Origin: Anaeramoeba ignava BMAN
Lineage: Eukaryota > Protista > Anaeramoebae
Length of the DNA: 64,000 nucleotides
Direction: 5' to 3'
Assembly (NCBI GenBank): GCA_028826165.1
Contig: JAPDFW010000080.1
Coordinates: 318,399 to 382,398, forward strand
In this document: positions 54,701 through 64,000 of the stretch, one piece after another
Position numbering within the stretch: position 1 is the stretch's first letter
How the letters are laid out: every line of letters starts with the position of its first letter
Notes under the pieces: model-generated
The model's input: only the letters and a program-made list of their open reading frames with translations
Database searches by the model: none
Told to the model about the DNA's origin: nothing
Position numbers and translations under genes: made by a program

Positions 54701-55420
54701 GTAAATAAATCTAATAAAAATCCAAAATAATTTAAAATTCGGAAAAAAATTAAAGAACTTTTTTGATTTAAAAAAAAAGAAAATAACAAAATTGAAATTG
54801 GAAAACAAAACGGAATCAAAGTATTAATTCAGTTATTAAATAATTTCCCAAATCATAAAAAATTACTCTCAAATGGATGTTGGGTTTTACAAATTCTCAG
54901 TGAGATGAATAAAAGTAAATCAATTAGGAAATAATTTATGAATGAAAAAAAAAAGAATTTAAAATTTATCCATTTTTTTGTATTTTGAATTAAATAGAAA
55001 ACAAAAATGAAATTAGAGAATTAAATGGAATTGAACCAATTATTGAAGCAATGAAAAATTTCTCAGATGACATTCATATTCAAAATAAATGTTGTTGTTG
55101 TTTATCAAATCTCTCTTCTGAAGAACGTAAATTATTTCCAAATCAATCAAAAAATATTTTTTCAATTTTTAAATTATTTTCCAAAAAAAAAAAAAATAAT
55201 TTCTTCTTGAAAAATTTCTTGTTTTTTTCTTTTTTTTTTTTTTTGTTATTTAGCAAATCAAAAACAAATCAAAAAATTAAAAGGAGTTCAATTGATTAAA
55301 AAAGCAATGGATAAATTCCCATATCATCCAATAATTCAAAAAAGTGGAAAAGCTGCATTAAAAAAACTTAATTCAACACAAAATAATCAAAATCAAAAAA
55401 AATCATCCAAAAAAAAATAA
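51720..55420 (+). CDS. Armadillo-repeat protein, about 11 exons, one ARM repeat per internal exon
   Basis: Repeated N...I..L.GIE.I.KAM.NFP....IQ...C..L units on exons 52521-52652, 53111-53239, 53298-53426, 53506-53634, 53725-53853, 54566-54700, 54780-54914, 54998-55126, 55254-55420. Confidence 0.75.
53854..54565. repeat. Intronic AAAATC hexamer array in the ARM gene
   Basis: Direct reading. Confidence 0.9.
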
Positions 55421-55517
55421 ATCAAAGAGAAATTCAATTTTAATTTTAATTTTGATTTTAATTTTAATTTTTAAATTTTGATTTAAATTTTCTTCGAAAT
55501 AGATTAATCAAATGTTC

Positions 55518-56648
55518 TTAAAAATTAGAAAAAGAAGAAAGAGAATAATAAAGAAAGAAATTTTGATTTCCGGAAGAAACATGATAATTAGAAATATCAT
55601 TAAATCTTAATTTAGGAATTTCAATTTGAATTAAGAATATTTGATTGTCTTCTGTATTTCCAGTTCCTAGTTGATCATATTCATTATCTCCTGATGCAAT
55701 TAATTTTCCATTTGAAGTTAAAATCAAAGTATTGCAGTTTCCAATAGAAAATTCAAGAATATTATCATCATTTTCAAATAAAGATGATTTAATTTCAGTA
55801 AATTCATAAGTATTTGCAGTTTTACCAAGTCCATTAAATTGATAATTTCCAGTTGAATAAAGTTTTCTTTTTGAATTTTCATCTTCAATTAACATCATTG
55901 AATGAAAATTTCCAGTTTGAACATCAATTATTTTACCTTTTGGAATATTTTGAATTTTGGTTAATTTTTGGATTTTTGTTTCTTTTCTTCTTGATTCTCC
56001 TAATCCAAGATTACCATAATTATTCCCTCCACAACAAAATAATTCTTGATTTGAATTTAAAAGAAAAAATGAGTTTGAAGCATTTGATGAGAATATTTTA
56101 GAAACATTTTTCATCATTAAAATTGGTTTTTCTGCTTTTTTAAGTGTTTTAGAATCAAAACCAAGTTGACAAAATCTATTTGAACCAATTCCATAAACAT
56201 TTTGATTTGAAGTTAGTAAATAAACTGAATCATCTCCACAAACAATATCTTGAATTATTCTATCATTTTTATCTTCAATTAATGATGAAATATTGATAAA
56301 TTTTTTTTCGTCATCTGAATCCATATATAATCCTTTTGCAAATACATTTCCTTCTTTTGTTAAAATAGCTAAATTTGTATAACCAACAGTTACTTTTTGA
56401 ATATTTTCAATTTGGATTTTTTGAGGATTTTGATTTGAATCATTCTCTCTTGAATATTCTATTGCTTTTCCATTTTCAAAAAGGAAAATTGTTGCGAAAT
56501 AACTTGTTGAAATTTGTTTAATTTGTTTTTCATTTTCATTTTCATTTTCATTTTCAAATTTAAATTGAATTGGTTTTATTATTTTATTTGGTTCATTTTT
56601 GATAAGTTTTGGTTTTTTATTTCTTCCAAAAAATATAATTTCATTCAT
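55518..56648 (-). CDS. RCC1-repeat-only paralogue (ends at the propeller/BTB junction)
   Basis: Ends SSFSNF* where paralogues continue SFSNLEEDL; no BTB sequence downstream. Confidence 0.8.
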   Translation of the reverse strand: MNEIIFFGRNKKPKLIKNEPNKIIKPIQFKFENENENENEKQIKQISTSYFATIFLFENGKAIEYSRENDSNQNPQKIQIENIQKVTVGYTNLAILTKEGNVFAKGLYMDSDDEKKFINISSLIEDKNDRIIQDIVCGDDSVYLLTSNQNVYGIGSNRFCQLGFDSKTLKKAEKPILMMKNVSKIFSSNASNSFFLLNSNQELFCCGGNNYGNLGLGESRRKETKIQKLTKIQNIPKGKIIDVQTGNFHSMMLIEDENSKRKLYSTGNYQFNGLGKTANTYEFTEIKSSLFENDDNILEFSIGNCNTLILTSNGKLIASGDNEYDQLGTGNTEDNQIFLIQIEIPKLRFNDISNYHVSSGNQNFFLYYSLSSFSNF

Positions 56649-56711
56649 TTTTAAAAAAGAAAAAAAATGAAAAAATGAAAAAATGAAAAACGAAATTTTT
56701 GGATTTTGATT

Positions 56712-58540
56712 TTAAAAAATTAAACATTTTTCTTTCTTTTTTTCTTTTGTTTGGTTTGAAATGAAATTTTGATTTTGATTATTAAATTTTTTAATTAATA
56801 AATCAAATAAATTTGGATTTGTTTGATTTAATTGAAAATAATCAATTCCAATTTTAATTTCATTAATTATTTCTTGTGTAATTTGAATTTGATCTTTAAT
56901 TTGATTTGAATAAATCCAATATTCAAATATTTGAAATGATTTATTACTTAATTCACTATAATCTGTAACTTTATTAGAAGTATCATTTGTTACAGATAAA
57001 AACATTCCTCGATATAATTCACTTCTCATTATTAATATTAATTTAGGGAATTTATATTGTTTTTCTTTTCTTTCAATTATAAAATCTTTTTCATTTTCAT
57101 TTTCATTTAAATAAATTCTTTTCATTGTTTCTTCAACTTTTTCATTTAAATTTATAATTTCTTTAATTTCAAAATATAATATTGGATTTATAATTCTGTT
57201 TGAATAAATCATTTCAAATATTTGATTTGATTCTTTAATTGATTTATTTGAAATAATTTCTTTAAGTTTCTCAATTTCATTTTGATTTTGATTTAATCTA
57301 TATTTCAATATTAATTTATGAGCTTCAATTATTTCTCCATTTTTGGTTTTAAATGAAATATTGCAAAATTCTTTTCTTTCAAATAATTTTATCAAATCTT
57401 CTTCAAGATTGGAAAAAGGAAAGAGAAAAGGAGAATAATAAAGAAATGAATTGTAATATCCACAAGAAACATGATAATTTGAAATATTTTCATTAAATCT
57501 TAATTCAGGAAGTTCAATTTGAAATGGAGTTAATTGATCTTTTGTATCTCAGTTCCTAATTGACCATAAAAATTCCTTCCAAATGAAATAAGTTTTCCTT
57601 TGGAGGTTAAAATCAAAGTATGTTCAAATCCAACAGAAAAATCAAGAATATTATCATCATTTTCAAATAAAGATGATTTAATTTCAGTAAATTCATTGAC
57701 ATGTTTATTTATCTCAAGTCCATTACATAAGTAATATCCACTTGAATAAAGTTTTCTTTTTGGATTTTGATTTTCATTTTCAATCAACATTATTGAATGA
57801 AAATATCCACATTGAATATCAATTATTTTACCTTTTGGAATATTTTGGATTTTGGTTAATTTTTTGGTTATGAAAACGGAAAATCCTAATCCAAGTTGAC
57901 CATAATCATTTAATCCACATCCAAATAATTCTTGATTTGAATTTAAAAGAAAAACAAAATCAGAATAATCTCCTGAAAATATTTTAGAAACATTTTTCAT
58001 CATTAAAATTGGTTTTTGTGTTTTATCAATTTTTTTAGAATTGAAACCAAGTTGGCAATATTGATTTAAACCAATTCCATAAGCATTTTGATTTGAAGTT
58101 AATAAGTAAATTGAAAATCTTCCAGAAACAATATCTTTAATTATTCTATCATTTGTATCTTCAATTAATGATGAAATATTGATAAATTTCTTTCGATTTT
58201 TTGGATTAATATCTTTTCCTTTTGCAAATACATTTCCTTCTATTGTTAAAATAGCTTCATTTGTATAACCAACAGTTACTTTTTGAATATTTTCAATTTG
58301 GATTTTTGAAGGATTTTGATTTAATTTATTTCTATTTAAATATTCTATTGCTTTTCCATTTTTAAAAAGGAAAATTGTTGAAAGCTTTCCTGATGAAATC
58401 TGTTTAATTTGTTTTTCATTTTCATTTTCATTTTCATTTTCATTTTCAAATTTAAATTGAATTGGTTTTTTTATTTTATGGGATTTGTTTTGAAAAAATA
58501 TTGGTTTTTTATTTCTTCCAAAAAATATAATTTCATTCAT
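56712..58540 (-). CDS. RCC1-BTB-BTB-CaaX protein (1-nt frameshift near 57548)
   Basis: Two collinear ORFs; ends KEKCLIF. Confidence 0.8.
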
Positions 58541-58656
58541 TTTTGAAAAGAAAAAAATGAAAAAATGAAAAACGAAATTTTTGGATTATAATTTTAAAAA
58601 ATTAAACATTTTTCTTTCTTTTTTTCTTTTGTTTGGTTTGAAATGAAATTTTGATT

Positions 58657-60427
58657 TTAATTATTAAATCTCTTAATTAATAAATCAAATAAATTTGGAT
58701 TTGTTTGATTTAATTGAAAATAATCAATTCCAATTTGAATTTCATCAATAATTTCTTGTGTAATTTCAATTCCTTTTTTAATTTGATTTGAATAAATCCA
58801 ATATTCAAATATTTGAAATGATTCATCACTTAATTCACTATAATCTGTAACTTTATTAGATTTATCTTCAGTTACAGATAAAAACATTCCTCGATATAAT
58901 TCACTTCTCATTATTAATATTAATTTAGGAAATTTATACTGTTTTTCTTTTCTTTCAATAATAAAATCTTTTTCATTTTCATTTTCATTTTCATTTTCAT
59001 TTAAATAAATTCTTTTCATTGTTTCTTCAATTTTTTCATTTGAATTTATAATTTCTTTAATTTCTGGATATAATTTTGGATTTATTTTAGAATTGTTTGA
59101 ATAAATCATTTCAAATATTTGATTTGATTCTTTAATTGATTTTTTTGAAATAATTTCTTGAAGTTTTTCAATTTGATTTTGATTTTGATTTAATCTATAT
59201 TTCAATATTAATTTATGAGCTTCAATTATTTCTCCATTTTTGGTTTTAAATGAAATATTGCAAAATTCTTTTCTTCTAAATAATTTTATCAAATCTTCTT
59301 CAAGATTGGAAAAAGAAAAAGGAGAATAATAAAGAAATGACTTTAAATATCCACAAGAAATATGATAATTAGAAATATCTTCATTAAATCTTAATTCAGG
59401 AAGTTCAATTTGAAATGGAGTTAATTGATCATTTGTATTTCCAGTTCCTAATTGACCAAAATTATTTAACCCAAATGAGATAAGTTTTCCTTTGGAAGTT
59501 AAAATCAAAGTATGAGCACTTCCACAAGAGATATCAAGAATATCATCATTTTCAAATAAAGATGATTTGATTTCAGTAAATTCATAAGTATTTTCATAAT
59601 AATTCGCCAAGTCCATTATATTCATGCCTTCCACATGAATAAAGTTTTCTTTTTTCATTTTCATTTTCAATCAACATTATTGAATGACTAATTGCACATT
59701 GAATATCAATTATTTTGCCTTTTGGAATATTTTGGATTTTGGTTAATTCTCTGATTCTTATTTCTTCTTTTCTTGATTCTCCTAATCCAAGTTGGCCATA
59801 ATCATTATTTCCGCATCCAAACAATTCTTGATTTGAATTTAAAAGAAAAACATGATTTGAACAATTTCCTGAAAATATTTTAGAAACATTTTTCATCATT
59901 AAAATTGGTTTTTCTGTTCCATAATAAGAATTACAACCAAGTTGACCATAAAAGTCTTCACCAATTCCATAAACATTATGATTTGAAGTTAATAAGTAAA
60001 TTGAATTAGATCCAGAAACAATATCTTCAATTATTCTATCATTTATATCTTCAATTAATGATGAAATATTGATAAATTGATTTGGATTTTTTGGATTAAT
60101 ATCACTTCCTTTGGCAAATACATTTCCTTCTATTGTTAAAATAGCTTCATTTTGAAAACCAACAGATACTTTTTGAATATTTTCTTCAATTTGGATTTTT
60201 TCAGGATTTTGTTTTGAATCATTTTCATTTAAATATTCTATTGCTTTTCCATTTTCAAAAAGGAAAATTGTTCCAAATATTCCTGATGAAATTTGTTTAA
60301 TTTGTTTTTCATTTTCATTTTCATTTTCATTTTCAAATTTAAATTGAATTGGTTTTGTTATTGAATTTGGTTTATTTTTGATAAGTTTTGGATATTCATT
60401 TTCACCAAAAAATAAACAATCATTCAT
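58657..60427 (-). CDS. RCC1-BTB-BTB protein (1-nt frameshift near 59600); in-frame CaaX tail lies behind the stop
   Basis: Two collinear ORFs; near-identical to 60547-62280 from the third blade onward. Confidence 0.8.
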
Positions 60428-60546
60428 TTTTAAAAAAGAAAAAAAATGAAAAAATGAAAAATGAATTTTTTTGGATTATAATTTTAAAAAATTAAACATT
60501 TTTCTTTCTTTTTTTCTTTTGTTTGATTTTAATTTTAATTTTAATA

Positions 60547-62280
60547 TTAATTATTAAATTTGTTAATTAATAAATCAAATAAATTTGGATTTGTTTGATT
60601 TAATTGAAAATAATCAATTCCAATTTTAATTTCATCAATTATTTCTTGTGTAATTTCAATTCCTCTTTTAATTTGATTTGAATAAATCCAATATTCAAAT
60701 ATTTGAAATGATTTATTACTTAATTCACTATAATCTGTAACTTTATTAGATTTATCTTCTGTTACAGATAAAAACATTCCTCGATATAATTCACTTCTCA
60801 TTATTAATATTAATTTTGGAAATTTATATTGTTTTTCTTTTCTTTCAATAATAAAATCTTTTTCATTTTCATTTAAATAAATTCTTTTCATTGTTTCTTC
60901 TATTTTTTCATTTAAATTTATAATTTCTTTAATTTCAGAATATAATTTTGGATTTATTTTGGAATTATTTGAATAAATCATTTCAAATATTTGATTTGAT
61001 TCTTTAATTGATTTTTTTGAAATAATTTCTTGAAGTTTTTCAATTTCATTTTGATTTTGATTTAATCTATATTTCAATATTAATTTATGAGCTTCAATTA
61101 TTTCTCCATTTTTGGTTTTAAATGAAATATTGCAAAATTCTTTTCTTCTAAATAGTTTTATCAAATCTTCTTCAAGATTGGAAAAAGAAAAAGGAGAATA
61201 ATAAAGAAATGACTTTAAATATCCACAAGAAATATGATAATTAGAAATATCTTCATTAAATCTTAATTCAGGAAGTTCAATTTGAAATGGAGTTAATTGA
61301 TCATTTGTATTTCCAGTTCCTAATTGACCAAAATTATTTAACCCAAATGAGATAAGTTTTCCTTTGGAAGTTAAAATCAAAGTATGAGCACTTCCACAAG
61401 AGATATCAAGAATATCATCATCATTTTCAAATAAAGATGATTTGATTTCAGTAAATTCATAAGTATTTTCATATAAATCGCCAAGTCCATTATATTCATG
61501 CCTTCCACATGAATAAAGCTTTATTTTTCCATCTTCATTTTCAATCAACATTATTGAATGACTAATTGCACATTGAATATCAATTATTTTGCCTTTTGGA
61601 ATATTTTGGATTTTGGTTAATTCTCTGATTCTTATTTCTTCTTTTCTTGATTCTCCTAATCCAAGTTGGCCATAATCATTATTTCCGCATCCAAACAATT
61701 CTTGATTTGAATTTAAAAGAAAAACATGATTTGAACAATTTCCTGAAAATATTTTAGAAACATTTTTCATCATTAAAATTGGTTTTTCTGTTCCATAATA
61801 AGAATTACAACCAAGTTGACCATAAAAGTCTTCACCAATTCCATAAACATTATGATTTGAAGTTAATAAGTAAATTGAATTAGATCCAGAAACAACATCT
61901 TCAATTACTCTATCATTTATATCTTCAATTAATGATGAAATATTGATAAATTGATTTGGATTTTCTGGATTAATATCTTTTCCTTTTGCAAATACATTTC
62001 CTTCTATTGTTAAAATAGCTACATTATAAGCGCCTCCAGTTATTTTTTGAATATTTTCAATTTGGATTTTTTCAGGATTTTGTTTTGATTCATCTGAATA
62101 TTCTATTACTTTTCCATTTTTAAAAAGGAAAATTAAATTAGAAGAAACTAATTTCATTTGTTTAATTTGTTTTTCATTTTCATTTTCAAATTTAAATTGA
62201 ATTGGTTTTGTTATTCTTCTGGGTTCATTTTTTAAAATAAATTCAAAGTCGTTATCACCAAAAAATAAAATTTCATTCAT
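60547..62280 (-). CDS. RCC1-BTB-BTB protein (likely start MNEILFFG at 62280)
   Basis: Intact ORF; start chosen by comparison with paralogues. Confidence 0.85.
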   Translation of the reverse strand: MNEILFFGDNDFEFILKNEPRRITKPIQFKFENENEKQIKQMKLVSSNLIFLFKNGKVIEYSDESKQNPEKIQIENIQKITGGAYNVAILTIEGNVFAKGKDINPENPNQFINISSLIEDINDRVIEDVVSGSNSIYLLTSNHNVYGIGEDFYGQLGCNSYYGTEKPILMMKNVSKIFSGNCSNHVFLLNSNQELFGCGNNDYGQLGLGESRKEEIRIRELTKIQNIPKGKIIDIQCAISHSIMLIENEDGKIKLYSCGRHEYNGLGDLYENTYEFTEIKSSLFENDDDILDISCGSAHTLILTSKGKLISFGLNNFGQLGTGNTNDQLTPFQIELPELRFNEDISNYHISCGYLKSFLYYSPFSFSNLEEDLIKLFRRKEFCNISFKTKNGEIIEAHKLILKYRLNQNQNEIEKLQEIISKKSIKESNQIFEMIYSNNSKINPKLYSEIKEIINLNEKIEETMKRIYLNENEKDFIIERKEKQYKFPKLILIMRSELYRGMFLSVTEDKSNKVTDYSELSNKSFQIFEYWIYSNQIKRGIEITQEIIDEIKIGIDYFQLNQTNPNLFDLLINKFNN

Positions 62281-62339
62281 TTTTAAAAAAGAAAAAAATG
62301 AAAAAATGAAAAATGAATTTTTTTGGAATTTTTCATTCA

Positions 62340-62875
62340 ATTTTGAATTAATTTGAATTGAATTGAATTAAATTTTGAATTGAATTGAATTAAATTGAAT
62401 TTGAATTGAATTGAATTAAATTAAATTAAATTGAATTAAATTGAATTGAATTAAATTGAATTTTGAATTAAATTAAATTGAATTAAATTGAATTAAATTT
62501 GAATTGAATTAAATTGAATTAAATTGAATTAAATTGAATTTTGAATTAAATTAAATTGAATTAAATTGAATTAAATTTGAATTGAATTAAATTGAATTAA
62601 ATTGAATTAAATTGAATTGAATTGAATTGAATTGAATTGAATTAAATTGAATTTTGAATTGAATTTTGAATTGAATTAAATTGAATTAAATTAAATTGAA
62701 TTGAATTAAATTGAATTGAATTTTGAATTGAATTGAATTAAATTGAATTGAATTTTGAATTGAATTGAATTAAATTGAATTAAATTGAATTAAATTTTGA
62801 ATTAAATTGAATTTTGAATTGAATTAAATTGAATTAAATTGAATTAAATTGAATTAAATTGAATTAAATTGAATT
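62340..62875. repeat. TTGAA/TTAAA pentamer satellite, intergenic
   Basis: Direct reading. Confidence 0.9.
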
Positions 62876-64000
62876 TTAAATTTGATTATTAAATCTCTTA
62901 ATTAATAAATCCAATAAATTTGGATTTGTTTGATTTAATTGAAAATAATCAATTCCTATTTTAAGTTCATCGATAATTTGTTGTGTAATTTGAATTTCAT
63001 CTTTAATTTGATTTGAATAAATCCAATATTCAAATATTTGAAATGATTCATCACTTAATTCACTATAATCTGTAACTTTATTAGATTTATCTTCAGTTAC
63101 AGATAAAAACATTCCTCGATATAATTCACTTCTCATTATTAATATTAATTTAGGGAATTTATACTTTTTTTCTTTTCTTTCAATAATAAAATCTTTTTCA
63201 TTTTCATTTAAATAAATTCTTTTCATTGATTCTTCAATTTTTCATTTAAATTTATAATTTCTTTAATTTCAGGATATAATTTTGGATTTACTTTGGAATT
63301 ATTTGAATAAATCATTTCAAATATTTGATTTGATTCTTTAATTGACTTTTTTGAAATAATTTCTTGAAGTTTTTCAATTTGATTTTGATCTTTTAATCTG
63401 TATTTCAATATTAATTTATGAGCTTCAATCTTTTCATTTGGATTAATTGTTTTAAATGAAATATCGCAAAATTCTTTTCTTCGAAATATTTTTATCAAAT
63501 CTTCTTCAAGATTAGAAAAAGGAGAAGGAATGTAATAAATAAATGAATTTTGAAAACCACAAGAAAGATGATAATCAGAAATATTGAATGTTAATTTATG
63601 AAGTTTAATTCGAATTGGTTTTGTTTGATAAAAGTATTTTTTTTTCGTTCCTAATTGACGCCATTCATTATTTCCAAATCCAATAATTGTACGATTTGAT
63701 ATTAAAATCAAAGTATGATTTTCTCCAACAGAAAAATCAATAACATCACCATGTTCAAAAAAAGATGATTTGAGTTCAGTAAATTTATTGATACTTCTAC
63801 CAAATCCATTTAGTTCATAATTTCCACATGAATAAATTTTTCTTTTTTCATTTTCATCTTCAATCAACATTATTGAATGACCTTTACTCCATTTTGAATA
63901 TCAATTATTTTTGCCTTTTGGAATACTTTTGAACTTGAGTTAATTCATGAATATGAATATCTTTTGTTTGGACTCAATCCGTTGACTATTGTTATTTTTC
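62876..64000 (-). CDS. RCC1-BTB-BTB protein, 3' part (5' end outside window; frameshift near 63235)
   Basis: [38 protein letters not shown]. Confidence 0.75.

Noticed and set aside
58594-60549. TAA reassigned to Gln (ciliate/hexamitid code), suggested by TAA aligning with CAA
   Set aside because: Conserved ORFs have no internal TAA/TAG, and many genes end properly at TAA, including right after CLIF
62340-62875. Satellite as telomeric or centromeric repeat
   Set aside because: Short, degenerate, flanked by genes, and similar to other simple repeats in the window

Overview
Very AT-rich, gene-dense, intron-containing eukaryotic (protist) DNA read with the standard genetic code. Gene style (NQ/EN microsatellite tracts, TCATTTT motifs just before ATGs, BTB-gene expansions) suggests an anaerobic metamonad amoeba such as Anaeramoeba; this is inference only. 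Single-copy genes: SEC11-like, S41 peptidase, CNTD1-like cyclin, CEP120-like, ELMO-PH-only, URI1, TBL1, BUD13, a CH-domain protein, C2-C2-WW, DDX55, histone H1, a Rac-like GTPase and an ARM-repeat protein. They are interleaved with 17 loci from three expanding BTB families: 9 RCC1-BTB-BTB, 6 tandem Rab-BTB-BTB-CaaX and 2 BTB-BACK-TLDc. The best candidate new system is a modular set of putative membrane-targeted CUL3 adaptors. In it, one conserved BTB-BTB(-CLIF) tail carries either a Rab domain whose switch II lies on a hypervariable 24-nt micro-exon, or an RCC1 propeller with hypervariable loops, and the prenylation tail is kept or lost through AATCAA/AATTAA changes. There is also an atypical tRNA-like gene, and an ARM gene built from one-repeat symmetric exons. 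Several single-base frameshifts and a scrambled TBL1 segment look like long-read assembly errors. All exon models were derived by eye.
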